Below, one piece after another: positions 1-9,718 of a stretch of 44,538 bases of DNA (its first letter is position 1; the number at the start of each line of letters is the position of its first letter). The DNA is from a virus. The position numbers were made by a program, and so were the translations under genes. The DNA lies in IMG/VR virus record IMGVR_UViG_3300038313_000260, one strand, 5' to 3'. Below the pieces are notes generated by a model that was not told the origin of the DNA, searched no databases, and saw nothing but the letters and a program-made list of their open reading frames with translations.

Positions 1-99
1 AAACCTGTTAAGCCTAAAATATTACTACCTACTAATGCTAATATTTTAAAACCAATAAAAGCTAATATTTCAAAAGCTATTAAAGCAACTCAATTAGCA
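1..99 (+). repeat. Terminal overlap copy 1 (identical to 44440-44538)
   Basis: Direct comparison of the first 99 nt with the last 99 nt shows they are identical. Both copies lie inside the tape measure reading frame. Confidence 0.95.
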
Positions 100-918
100 C
101 TTAATAGTACTTCAAAACGTGTAGCCGCATTTTTAAATAAATCAAAACAAGGTTGGAGTATGGCAGCTAAAGATGTTGAAAAGACTGTTACAAAACATAT
201 CAATACTATGAAAAAGAAATTCAATGATCTGAATAAAATACCAACGGTTAAAATAGGAAAAAATATAATGAAAGGTTTTATATTAGGTATTGAATCTTTG
301 ATTGAAAATGCTGGAAAAACCATTTCACGAGTTGCAGATAGAGTTATTTATGTGTTTGAAACTGAATTTGGCATACATTCTCCAAGTAGGGTTTTTTATG
401 GATTCGGTTGCAATATTGTAGAAGGACTTATAAATGGTATAAAATCTATGTTTAGAAAAGTAAGTAATGTTATTACAAGTTTAGCCAACAAAGTGAAAAG
501 TGGATTTAAAGAACTATTAGGTATTAATTCTCCCAGTAGAATATTTTTTCAATACGGTGGATTTATAGGCGAAGGACTTATACAAGGCATAGATGGACAA
601 GAAGGTGCTATAGAAAGCAAATTCAAAGGGCTAGCTAATAAAATTAAATCTTTAGGAAATGTTAAGCCTGATTTTGATTTTAGGGGGCTTAATAATTTAG
701 CTTTAAGTGGAACTTATGGTAGCGGTAGTGAATTTAATAACATTAGCAATAGTAATAAGAATATGGGAGTAACACAAAATGTAAAAATGTATATAACAAT
801 ACCAAATGCAGATAAAGAAGGTGCCCAAAAAATAGCAACAGAATTTAAGAGTATGACACAAGCAAGCTTAAAAGATGAAATGACAGAGTTATTTATGAAT
901 GATGTATTAAGAGATTAG
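1..918 (+). CDS. Tail tape measure protein, C-terminal part (continuation of 41914-44538 across the circular junction)
   Basis: Frame 1 is open from base 1 with no stop before 916-918, so the tracked ORF 160-918 is only its internal Met. It contains the GI(H/N)SPSR...GL(I)xGI repeat modules also seen at 43825-44050. Confidence 0.9.
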   Translation, partial: KPVKPKILLPTNANILKPIKANISKAIKATQLALNSTSKRVAAFLNKSKQGWSMAAKDVEKTVTKHINTMKKKFNDLNKIPTVKIGKNIMKGFILGIESLIENAGKTISRVADRVIYVFETEFGIHSPSRVFYGFGCNIVEGLINGIKSMFRKVSNVITSLANKVKSGFKELLGINSPSRIFFQYGGFIGEGLIQGIDGQEGAIESKFKGLANKIKSLGNVKPDFDFRGLNNLALSGTYGSGSEFNNISNSNKNMGVTQNVKMYITIPNADKEGAQKIATEFKSMTQASLKDEMTELFMNDVLRD

Positions 919-929
919 GAGGTGGCTTT

Positions 930-1364
930 ATGGACTTAGGTAGGATAAAAGATTTTAAATTAGATTTATTATATGAAGATGGTACAAATACAGGTGCTGT
1001 TATAAGTAGTTATAAGCCACCCAGACCTGCTTATTTTCGTAAAGGAATTAGAACTATAGATGGATATACTTATTTTCAAAAGGATATTAAAAGTGATTGT
1101 ATAATTGATTTTACAATTGCATTTCAAATTAAGGGTAAAACGGATAGTGAAACTCTATCTAATATAAATAAATTTATAAAATTTAGGAATAGATATACTG
1201 AAAGATTTATATTTATAGATGAGTTTGGAACTACTTATAAAGGCTATTTTCAAAATAAATATGACTTAGATACCCCCATAGAAGGTGATATCTATTATAT
1301 AAATTTAGAGCTTTTATGTAATCATGAGGTATCTGGATGGGTGAAAGATAATGGCAAGGTGTAG
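930..1364 (+). CDS. Tail-module protein directly after the tape measure (distal-tail position), function unassigned
   Basis: AGGAGGTGG RBS 5 nt upstream of the ATG. Tightly packed with neighbouring tail genes. Called by synteny only. Confidence 0.6.
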   Translation: MDLGRIKDFKLDLLYEDGTNTGAVISSYKPPRPAYFRKGIRTIDGYTYFQKDIKSDCIIDFTIAFQIKGKTDSETLSNINKFIKFRNRYTERFIFIDEFGTTYKGYFQNKYDLDTPIEGDIYYINLELLCNHEVSGWVKDNGKV

Positions 1365-2436
1365 AGTAGAATTTTATAAAAAAAATGGATACAGAGCTTT
1401 TGAAGAAGGTGATGCAAATAAAGTTATATTGGAACATAGTTTAATATCTGTAAAAATAAATAGAAGCTTAGATACACCTACTGCTGAGGCTACGATTACA
1501 GCACAATATGAAAATCTACCTACTGCCATATTTGCTGGTGGTACACAAGGTATAATAGATAATTTTGCACAAGTTAAAATATATATAGATGATGTAATAC
1601 AATTTACAGGAGTAATGAAAAATTATGACTATAATACATTAGATAAAACAATAGAAATGACTTGCCACGATATGTATTATAGAATGTTAAATTTATGTGA
1701 TAAAGAATTAAAATTTTATAATAAAACAGCAGCAGATATAATTTCTACTGTTGTATCTGATGCTAAATGCAATTTTTATAGAAGTGGTGGAACTAATTAT
1801 ACTGTTTCAAAATTAGAATGTGAAATAGGCACCATGTATAATGATATAATTACTAATTTAGTAGAAACTATGTACGCTAGAGTAAGGGCAAGAAAAGATG
1901 GGACTATTGTATTAGAGGAACAATATCCCCTATATGATGAATCTAACCATGAATTATACCCCTATGATTATACTATAACTACTTCAGATTTAAGCAGCGA
2001 AACTGCTAGTAGAAATGCTAATTTATTAAGAAACATTTTGAAGATTTGTTGTAATGATGAATATTCAATTTTTGAATCCAAAACTATGACGAGTTATTTA
2101 AATGGCGAAAAGTGGGTAGATATAATAGATAACCCATTGGCAACAACACAGGAATTAAAGCAAAAGGCAGCGGGACATAAATTTTTAGATATGTGGAGAG
2201 GTAGTACAGCATTAAATATATTGCCAGTTAAAGGAACACCTAACATAGATTTAGGACAAGTTATTAAAATAGTTAGTAATGATAGAGGAAATGGATGGTA
2301 TTTAATAATTGGGATTAATACAGAAGTAAGTGCAAATACATATACAGATACATTGCAACTACAAGGCATGAGGGATAAAAGAAAAGTATATGACCAATGC
2401 AATCTAATAGGAAGTGGTAAGTTAAAGCAGCAATAA
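1351..2436 (+). CDS. Tail tip/baseplate hub-like structural protein (361 aa), function by synteny
   Basis: Overlaps the upstream gene by 14 nt. Size and position fit a tail-tip or hub protein. No motif recognised with certainty. Confidence 0.55.
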   Translation: MARCRVEFYKKNGYRAFEEGDANKVILEHSLISVKINRSLDTPTAEATITAQYENLPTAIFAGGTQGIIDNFAQVKIYIDDVIQFTGVMKNYDYNTLDKTIEMTCHDMYYRMLNLCDKELKFYNKTAADIISTVVSDAKCNFYRSGGTNYTVSKLECEIGTMYNDIITNLVETMYARVRARKDGTIVLEEQYPLYDESNHELYPYDYTITTSDLSSETASRNANLLRNILKICCNDEYSIFESKTMTSYLNGEKWVDIIDNPLATTQELKQKAAGHKFLDMWRGSTALNILPVKGTPNIDLGQVIKIVSNDRGNGWYLIIGINTEVSANTYTDTLQLQGMRDKRKVYDQCNLIGSGKLKQQ

Positions 2437-2448
2437 GAAGGTGATAAT

Positions 2449-2790
2449 ATGGCGCATATGGGGTATAAAAACTTTAGGGAACCAGTAGTTTATATATTAA
2501 ATCAAGAGTTAAGAAAAAGAAATTTTAAAAATCAAATAAATACGCAAGAAGATCCAATATATTCTGGTGAGTTACCAGAGTATCCTTGCAGAATAATTAG
2601 AGATAGCAATAATAAAGCATATAAATTTATATATGCTAATGGAACAGATTTGCAATGGGAAGAGGAATTGATTAGAGATTCAGGGGGTAAAGTATGTAGA
2701 ATTAAAACAATTTATCCAGATGGTAATTCTAAAACAATACAATTAATTAAAAATACAGATAACAAATTAGAAATTATAGATTATGTATAG
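2449..2790 (+). CDS. Small tail/baseplate-module protein (113 aa)
   Basis: GAAGGTG RBS. Sits in the co-oriented tail operon. Confidence 0.55.
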   Translation: MAHMGYKNFREPVVYILNQELRKRNFKNQINTQEDPIYSGELPEYPCRIIRDSNNKAYKFIYANGTDLQWEEELIRDSGGKVCRIKTIYPDGNSKTIQLIKNTDNKLEIIDYV

Positions 2791-2804
2791 GAGGCTGAGA
2801 TAAT

Positions 2805-3353
2805 ATGGGGTTACCTTCCTATGTAGTCAACTTTGATGAACTCTCAGATTTAATTAAAGATTATTTGCAAAATGGTATTAATGTAGATATTGGTGACATA
2901 ACATTTTCTACTGCTGAAATAGAAAAATTGCTTAATGAAATTAAAGATAAAATACAGGGTGTAGACTATAATGATTTAATAAATGCTTTAAATGAATTAG
3001 GTGTAAAATTAGAAAATTTAAGCGATAATTCAGGTATATCTGGCATACAAAAAATATATGGGAAAATGTTAGAGATTCCTGCAATAAAGGGACAATATGT
3101 AATAGAGGCTAATTATACTGGGAAACTAACAGGCATAACTTATAGTCAATCTAATTGGAGGTTTGAGGATAGTTGGGATTTAGTCATAGGAGATAAAAAA
3201 ATATTTGATGGTGTTAGGACTAAAGAATATGGGGAACATAAATATTTAAATGTTTTTTATAATATAGATGGGATGATTAAATTTATTTATAATAATATTA
3301 GTGGAACTAGTAAAGTCCTATGGGTGGATTTTAATGTGTTAGAAGGTGTCTAA
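2805..3353 (+). CDS. Tail-module protein, paralog A of a tandem pair (182 aa)
   Basis: AGGAGG RBS. Shares LP(S/K)Y(V/I)VNFDEL, IPAIK and KE(Y/I)GEHKY(L/F)N motifs with the next gene. Confidence 0.6.
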   Translation: MGLPSYVVNFDELSDLIKDYLQNGINVDIGDITFSTAEIEKLLNEIKDKIQGVDYNDLINALNELGVKLENLSDNSGISGIQKIYGKMLEIPAIKGQYVIEANYTGKLTGITYSQSNWRFEDSWDLVIGDKKIFDGVRTKEYGEHKYLNVFYNIDGMIKFIYNNISGTSKVLWVDFNVLEGV

Positions 3354-3354
3354 T

Positions 3355-3903
3355 TTGAGTTTGCCTAAATATATAGTTAACTTTGATGAACTTACAGATG
3401 ATCTAAAAAATAGTCTATTAGATTCAATAGATGCTAATATAAAAACTAACTATCCTGAAATAAATGCAAGTAATATATATGGTTTACTGAATCAATTGGA
3501 AAGTTTATTGCCAGATGTAAAATATAAAAAATTGGGGCAAAAGATAAACGACCTTATATGTAAAAATATTGAGGGTGATCAAAAGGTTAAGGGTATACTA
3601 TTAGATATTCCAGCAATAAAAAATGATTATAAGGAACAATTTAAATTTGATTATGATGTACTTATTACAGGATTACATTTTAACCAAACAGGATGGAAAA
3701 AAGATGATAGATATAGTTTAGAGGTTAATAGAACAAAAATAATAGATAATGCAACTATAAAAGAAATAGGTGAGCATAAGTATTTTAATACTTATTATCC
3801 CGTTATAAGGGATACTCCTATTTCTTTTATTTTACATAATTTGAGCGGAAATAGTAGACAAACAATTATAGATTTAGAATATATAAAAGGGAATATGCTA
3901 TAG
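3355..3903 (+). CDS. Tail-module protein, paralog B of the tandem pair (TTG start preferred over tracked GTG 3346)
   Basis: TTG at 3355 follows the GAAGGTG RBS and the upstream stop (3351-3353). It makes the N-terminus align residue for residue with paralog A (M-S-L-P-K-Y-I-V-N-F-D-E-L). Confidence 0.55.
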   Translation: MSLPKYIVNFDELTDDLKNSLLDSIDANIKTNYPEINASNIYGLLNQLESLLPDVKYKKLGQKINDLICKNIEGDQKVKGILLDIPAIKNDYKEQFKFDYDVLITGLHFNQTGWKKDDRYSLEVNRTKIIDNATIKEIGEHKYFNTYYPVIRDTPISFILHNLSGNSRQTIIDLEYIKGNML

Positions 3904-3953
3904 ATGTAGCTGAAACTAACAAATATAAAGGTATAATTTAGGAGGTTGATTAA

Positions 3954-5192
3954 ATGGCGGAAGAAAACTTTTATTATTCAGAAGGAAGTTGCCAAGTAAA
4001 AGATTTAGTTAACACATTAGTAAAAGAAATTACACAAAATGCTGGAATTTATAAATGGGATTTAGTTTACCCTGATAGTATAGATAAAATAGGATCATCA
4101 GGGGGAGAAAGCACAATAAATCTTATAACAGATGATTCCGTAACAAGTAAGGTAGACACTGTATTTACAGTAGGCTCTCAAGATGATAAGTGCATTATAA
4201 AGGCTAATACAACTTATGGGAAAGAATTTTATTTGAAAATAGATAGGGGAAAAGCAGATTTAAGCAAAGAAGAAAAAAAGGCATTAATTGACTTTGATAA
4301 GTTGCATACCTATTATAATTACAATGGAAATAGTCTTAGTAGAACAGATGCGCAAGTATTAGAAGTAATGGCTGGAGTTTCTGATGAATGGAGCAAAAGT
4401 GGAGATTATACCACTTATGTTAGCGCAAAGACTAAAAGTAATTCTATAAACAATATAAGATTGCAGATATCTGATAAATTAAATAAAGATAACACTGATT
4501 TAGATATACCCAGTAATATACAAAAAGATTATAACTACAGATTGGCTTGGTATAGAAAATTACAACCAGAAATTAAAGATTTTTTACCAATTCAATATTG
4601 GATAAATGTAACTAAAGATAGTATAAATTTAGTATTACGAGGAGATCCATCAGCAGATGTTGAACCCTATGAAAACTATCTTACATCTTATGCATATATA
4701 GGAGCATTAAAACCAGTAGAAGATTCAGCTTTTACAGATGATAAATATAATTTTGGTATAACTGTATCTTCTGATATAGAGCCTAATTATGCTAAGCCTT
4801 ACGGGGAAAGAACTGCAACAGGAGTAACAGATGTATGTATGATAGCTAATAAAATAGGCATGCCATATCAACCCCATTATCCTGCTTTTTATACTGCAAA
4901 TCCATTTATAGACAAGTGTAATGTGGAGGGCTCAAGATGGAATCATAAAAAACATCAGTTTTCAGATATAACACTTGTACATCCAGTAGATATGGAACGT
5001 GGAAAAATGGAAAATGTGTTAATTGGTGATGCTAGTTCTATTTATGATACAGATAAATTAGCTTACAAAAAAGATACCGAGGAAGAGGAATATTATAAGA
5101 AATTTAAAATTACTGCACCTTTTAATTTTCTTAATAATAGTGCTAATATAAACTATTGCATAGCAATAAGATGCCCAAAAACATCAGAATAA
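3954..5192 (+). CDS. Tail/baseplate structural protein (412 aa), function unassigned
   Basis: AGGAGG RBS. Position in the tail operon. Confidence 0.55.
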   Translation: MAEENFYYSEGSCQVKDLVNTLVKEITQNAGIYKWDLVYPDSIDKIGSSGGESTINLITDDSVTSKVDTVFTVGSQDDKCIIKANTTYGKEFYLKIDRGKADLSKEEKKALIDFDKLHTYYNYNGNSLSRTDAQVLEVMAGVSDEWSKSGDYTTYVSAKTKSNSINNIRLQISDKLNKDNTDLDIPSNIQKDYNYRLAWYRKLQPEIKDFLPIQYWINVTKDSINLVLRGDPSADVEPYENYLTSYAYIGALKPVEDSAFTDDKYNFGITVSSDIEPNYAKPYGERTATGVTDVCMIANKIGMPYQPHYPAFYTANPFIDKCNVEGSRWNHKKHQFSDITLVHPVDMERGKMENVLIGDASSIYDTDKLAYKKDTEEEEYYKKFKITAPFNFLNNSANINYCIAIRCPKTSE

Positions 5193-5206
5193 AAGAGGTG
5201 ATATAA

Positions 5207-7198
5207 ATGCCCCTACATCAAATACCCCTATGTGGATTCAACTATGTAGGGGATTTTAATTTAGCCACATTTGATTATAAAGCTGAAAAAGTAAGCTTAG
5301 GTAATTTTAAATATGCTATTGATGTTATTGGAGGAGCTACTTTTAAATATGATACAACAGAAAGAATAAAAAAGAATGAAAATAAATTATTCTATAGGGA
5401 TAAAGTAATTAAAATTAATAAAGTAAATAGTAGATATATGTATGATGAATTAAAAACTATTTATAAAAGTAACACTAAATCCATGTATGATGATGTGAAA
5501 GTTGTAGATAAAAATAATAATAAATTATTAAAGAAGAATATTAGTGAAATTGTTGTTTTAGATAGTAAAGACTTAGAAGTAAAAGATAAAGAAATTAGAA
5601 TTCAAAATACTAAAAACTTAGATATAAAAACTAGAGAAATACAAAAAGAAAAAGACAAAATAATATTTAATGAAGATATTATAGAATTTAATAAAAATAG
5701 CAGCTTAGAATTAGGAATGATTAATATAAGACAAGCGAATATTAGTAGAAACAAACAATTAGTAGATACAGATAATTTAAAAATTAATAAAGAGAGTAGT
5801 TTGGAATTAGAAAACTCTACAGTAAAAGGATTTAATAAGAAGGATAATATTCTAAATTTGGAAAACAAGATTAAAGAATTGCATAAGGATGTTATATTTA
5901 GTTTAAAAGATTTAAATACATCATATTTAACTAAAGATCATAGTAATAAATTTATTACTAAAGAAACTATAAAGAACGTAGATAGTAATAACAATAAATA
6001 TTATTTCTATACTAATCAAGAGAAAAAAATAAGCCAATATATTTATAGGTATGTTAATGTGTTTAATAATAAGCGAATTGATAAAAACAACAGAACCAGC
6101 TTATTGTATAGAAATAAGTTTACATATTTATATAAATTTAATAGTAAAGGACTAGATAGAATAAACAGTACAAATATAGCTTTAAATATAATGAATAAAT
6201 TGATGTATAGAGATAATATAAAAAATATATATAAAAAATATACTGGATATTATGTTCATAGAATAGATCTAAAATCTATAGATAAAGATATAAATAAAAG
6301 ATACTTTTATAGAGAAAGATTGAAAGATATAGATAAATATTATAATAGATACTTAGATAGAGAAGCTATAACATCTATACAAAAGGATAATGAAAAGTAT
6401 TTAGATTATATACCTTTAATAAATATATATAAACAAATAAAAAAAGATTTATTAGATTTGACTATTTGGGATATTTATAAAGAACATGATAGGCAATTAC
6501 AAGGTACTCTTATAAAAGATATATATAAGGTAGGCAATAATAAATTTATTGAAGTAACCCAAAGATGGTGGTGGTTAAGGCCTACAGCTCCAACAGATAG
6601 AATAATTGTTCCTAATAAAGATTATGCAAGAATGAAAGAACTATTAGAAAATGCTAACTATGAATATTTGAGATACAACGAACATCCTATTGAATGGGGT
6701 AAACAATGGGGAATAGATTATAATATTCCACCTTATGCAGTAAGTATTGAAATTATGTTAGATTTAATAAATATATTAATTATGATATGGCATAAGAATA
6801 CTCAAGGTTGGTTATGTTGTAGTGGAAAAGAAGCTATGCAGTTTATTATGGAGTTACTTTATGATTGGTATACTATGGAGACTTCAACACCTAATACAGA
6901 TTATATAAGAGCTTATAGATGGATAAGGTGGGAAGCTGAAAAAGTTTATTTCTTAAACACAGAAAATGGATTACAAGCTATAGGAATACTTATAGCTAAC
7001 TTAATAGATTATATGAAGTACCATCATTTTGATTTAGTCCTATTATGGAGAAATCCGAAAGCTATGGATATTGAAAGAAACTTTAATAAAATAGCAACTA
7101 ATGGAGATATTATGAAGGATTTAGACAAGCTAAAAGGCAATAGACATTATTATATAGAAACACAAAACTTTGAAAGAAAAAATATATTTGGAGAGTGA
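5207..7198 (+). CDS. Large tail-module protein (663 aa) with an Asn/Lys/Tyr/Ile-rich degenerate-repeat centre and a Trp-rich C-terminal domain
   Basis: AGAGGTG RBS. Low-complexity periodic region at about 5400-6500. The C-terminus has a WWW and many W/Y residues. Confidence 0.55.
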   Translation: MPLHQIPLCGFNYVGDFNLATFDYKAEKVSLGNFKYAIDVIGGATFKYDTTERIKKNENKLFYRDKVIKINKVNSRYMYDELKTIYKSNTKSMYDDVKVVDKNNNKLLKKNISEIVVLDSKDLEVKDKEIRIQNTKNLDIKTREIQKEKDKIIFNEDIIEFNKNSSLELGMINIRQANISRNKQLVDTDNLKINKESSLELENSTVKGFNKKDNILNLENKIKELHKDVIFSLKDLNTSYLTKDHSNKFITKETIKNVDSNNNKYYFYTNQEKKISQYIYRYVNVFNNKRIDKNNRTSLLYRNKFTYLYKFNSKGLDRINSTNIALNIMNKLMYRDNIKNIYKKYTGYYVHRIDLKSIDKDINKRYFYRERLKDIDKYYNRYLDREAITSIQKDNEKYLDYIPLINIYKQIKKDLLDLTIWDIYKEHDRQLQGTLIKDIYKVGNNKFIEVTQRWWWLRPTAPTDRIIVPNKDYARMKELLENANYEYLRYNEHPIEWGKQWGIDYNIPPYAVSIEIMLDLINILIMIWHKNTQGWLCCSGKEAMQFIMELLYDWYTMETSTPNTDYIRAYRWIRWEAEKVYFLNTENGLQAIGILIANLIDYMKYHHFDLVLLWRNPKAMDIERNFNKIATNGDIMKDLDKLKGNRHYYIETQNFERKNIFGE

Positions 7199-7202
7199 TA
7201 GT

Positions 7203-7457
7203 ATGTTAATAAGTACAATAGATTTTAAAAAACCTAGACAAAAAATGTGGGGAATATTAAAAGATAAACAATTAGTATCTTTGCCATATGGGCATGAAAC
7301 TGATGAGGAAGGAAAAGAATTAACTAGCTATGCAACTAATTGCTATAAGGATGCATTAGAAGAAGCACATACATTATTAGCACAAGGTACAGGAACTAAA
7401 AATATACAAGTAATAGAATTTGTTCCATACGATTATATTATACAACCTAGAGTATAA
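7203..7457 (+). CDS. Small tail-module protein (84 aa; ATG 7203 preferred over tracked 7170)
   Basis: GGAGAG RBS 7 nt upstream of ATG 7203. A start at 7170 would overlap the previous gene by 29 nt and has no RBS. Confidence 0.5.
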   Translation: MLISTIDFKKPRQKMWGILKDKQLVSLPYGHETDEEGKELTSYATNCYKDALEEAHTLLAQGTGTKNIQVIEFVPYDYIIQPRV

Positions 7458-7471
7458 TAGGAGTTGATAAT

Positions 7472-8473
7472 ATGAAACTTATAAAAGTTAAGGATGGATT
7501 AATAGAGGTTGAGAATTTTTTCTTGACCTCTTTATTTTCTGATTTTGCAAAAGAAAGTAATGTAACAAGAGATATTAAAACAGGTAAATTAAAATTAATT
7601 TCTAATAATAAAATTGAAAGAAAATTTAATTATGATGAATTTGTAATTGAACTTGAAAAAGAAAATTTTAATAGTATGAATGAAGATGATTACTCCATGA
7701 TTTATTTAGGAAATAATGAGTATACTTTTGGTATTAAGGATGTGAAATTAAATGAACAAAATAAATATTGGAAGGTTTTAAGACAAGATGGTTATATACA
7801 AGCCTATTCAAGTGCTGATGGAATAACTTATAAAAATATTGGTGGTATGAAGTTTGATGAACCTATTACCAAACAAGGATTTATGAAGCATTGTAATGAG
7901 GACTTTATATTAAATAATTATAAAGTATATGCTAATCCTTACATTACGATTCAAAATTTCCCAGAAAATACTTTGTGTGAATTATATGATTTAGAAGGAA
8001 ATTTATTAAAGGCTAGAAAATTTGATAGTAATTTAGAGTGCAAAGTGTACTTAGATAGTAATAATATGGGGGGATATTTTACATTTAAAGACATAGATAA
8101 TAATCTGATTTATACTACAACACATCTATCTCTACAGTATGGTGATATTTATGTATGTAGTCCTTACAACTTTGAAATAATTTATAGAGGTAATGTAGTT
8201 ACTAATGTTAATCCAGCTTTATTGCAGGATTTAGACGAATTGATAACTATTAAAAATATAGATGATAAAGATTATACCAATATTAAAATTGGTACAGAAA
8301 CAAATTCTAATGATTTAATAGAATTATCTTTTGATGGTGAAAATTATTCAGATACAGTTACTATAGATAGAATTGAACAAGGTGAGAGCAGAGATATATT
8401 TGTTAAGATTATAAAAAATGTAGAAAATCATAATTTTAATGTAAGAGATTTTCAACTAGTTATAAATGAATAG
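7472..8473 (+). CDS. Tail fibre/receptor-binding-region protein (333 aa), by position
   Basis: TAGGAG RBS. Distal end of the tail operon. Confidence 0.45.
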   Translation: MKLIKVKDGLIEVENFFLTSLFSDFAKESNVTRDIKTGKLKLISNNKIERKFNYDEFVIELEKENFNSMNEDDYSMIYLGNNEYTFGIKDVKLNEQNKYWKVLRQDGYIQAYSSADGITYKNIGGMKFDEPITKQGFMKHCNEDFILNNYKVYANPYITIQNFPENTLCELYDLEGNLLKARKFDSNLECKVYLDSNNMGGYFTFKDIDNNLIYTTTHLSLQYGDIYVCSPYNFEIIYRGNVVTNVNPALLQDLDELITIKNIDDKDYTNIKIGTETNSNDLIELSFDGENYSDTVTIDRIEQGESRDIFVKIIKNVENHNFNVRDFQLVINE

Positions 8474-8484
8474 GAGGTGGTTTT

Positions 8485-9570
8485 GTGAGTAAGTTTTTTA
8501 ATATAATTTTAGATAAAGAAATAGTCCTTGATGATAGTGTAATAAGCACTTCTACAGGTTGGACAAGTGATAAAATCTATAAAACTATAATTGATAAAAG
8601 GATAACCAAGTTTGAAGAATTAGAAGATGTAGACGTAGTAAATAAAAAAGATAAACAATTAGTAGCTTATAGTGAGGATACAGGAAAATTTACAACTATA
8701 GATGGTGCAGAAGCAGGGGATATTACTGGTGCAGGAATGAAACAAGTATCTAAAATGGGTATTGTAGGAAGTCCAGAAGAACCAAGAATAGTAAATATTC
8801 CAGTAAATACAGTTGACTTTAAAGTTCCTAGAGTTAATATTTTAAAATACGATACAGAGGGAACTCAAGACAAAATAATAACTGAAAATGAATTTACTAA
8901 TGGAGAATCTAATGATTTTCTTGAAGATGATATGATGGTTTTTGATGGAAAGTCACATCTAAAGACAGAACATATATCTAATTTTACATTCAACAGAGAA
9001 GTAAACACTAAATTAGAGTATACTGTTCCTTTTGAAAAGTCTAAATTTAAAAAAGTAGAAGGTTTTGAAATAGGAGAAGATGGAGTAATCAAAACCTTAA
9101 CAACTAAAGCAGTACCATTTGATAGATTGCTAATTCCTACAGGTGATATGAACCTATCCAACGCAGAACACATAGATTATTTTAAATTAACCGCTGTAGG
9201 TAAGAATATAAGAGTAGTTTGCAGTGTAGATTCAGGTACCGCATGGAAGACATTTAAAACAGATAAGTGGGTGGATATAAATTTAAATGTAGAAAGCGTT
9301 AGAACTGATGGTATGATTGTAGAAACTTTTAATAGTATAAATGATGTATTCTGGAATGAGTTGGTGACAACTAAAAAAATAAGATTTGCTTATCTATTTT
9401 CTATGGACAGTATTGCAGACGTAGAAGAATTAGACAATTTAGACCTACAGTACGATGGTGTTGGTAGATGGATACAGGTCAAAGAGGATTTATTTAATGT
9501 TATATATGCAAGTAATACATTGTTACAGGTAGAATGTAAATTTAGTGGAGATATAAAAATTAATTATTAA
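8485..9570 (+). CDS. Tail fibre/receptor-binding-region protein (361 aa, GTG start), by position
   Basis: AGGAGGTGG RBS before the GTG. Last gene before the tail-operon terminator. Confidence 0.45.
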   Translation: MSKFFNIILDKEIVLDDSVISTSTGWTSDKIYKTIIDKRITKFEELEDVDVVNKKDKQLVAYSEDTGKFTTIDGAEAGDITGAGMKQVSKMGIVGSPEEPRIVNIPVNTVDFKVPRVNILKYDTEGTQDKIITENEFTNGESNDFLEDDMMVFDGKSHLKTEHISNFTFNREVNTKLEYTVPFEKSKFKKVEGFEIGEDGVIKTLTTKAVPFDRLLIPTGDMNLSNAEHIDYFKLTAVGKNIRVVCSVDSGTAWKTFKTDKWVDINLNVESVRTDGMIVETFNSINDVFWNELVTTKKIRFAYLFSMDSIADVEELDNLDLQYDGVGRWIQVKEDLFNVIYASNTLLQVECKFSGDIKINY

Positions 9571-9599
9571 AGAGTAGCTTATTTAAGTTACTCTTTTTT
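9571..9599 (+). terminator. Rho-independent terminator ending the tail operon
   Basis: Stem AGAGTAGC (9571-9578) pairs with GTTACTCT (9587-9594), with one G-U pair. The loop is 8 nt and is followed by TTTTT. Confidence 0.75.
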
Positions 9600-9718
9600 A
9601 TTATATTAAAAGATAGATTTTAAGATAATTTTATAGTTGAAAACATGAGGAAAACGGAGTAAATGGAAGATAAACAGAGATAAAAATAAGATTTTTTAAA
9701 AAAAAGAGGAGTGATAAT

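Noticed and set aside
1-99. Terminal repeat as a true DTR, LTR or IS end
   Set aside because: It is a direct repeat lying in frame inside an essential ORF. A circular-assembly overlap is the simpler explanation.
5602-5868. Minus-strand 88-aa ORF, and similar antisense ORFs at 90-323, 1231-1437, 2094-2402, 8865-9173, 13600-13938, 17286-17671, 18804-19103, 19473-19730, 19872-20192, 21776-22010, 23319-23694, 23856-24089, 24537-24821, 25283-25504, 27138-27530, 27915-28118, 28509-28757, 30406-30764, 31367-31591, 32956-33156, 33526-33879, 36124-36384, 36778-36963, 37096-37299, 37946-38146, 39705-39929 and 40517-40708
   Set aside because: All lie antisense to, or out of frame within, well-supported genes. 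They have hydrophobic low-complexity translations typical of AT-rich shadow frames and lack ribosome-binding sites.
7170-7202. ATG 7170 start for the small tail gene, and ATG 20722, TTG 41193, ATG 14818/15794 and ATG 12900 starts for other genes
   Set aside because: In each case an internal ATG preceded by a good Shine-Dalgarno sequence gives a shorter, non-overlapping gene. For the paralog families it also gives co-linear N-termini.
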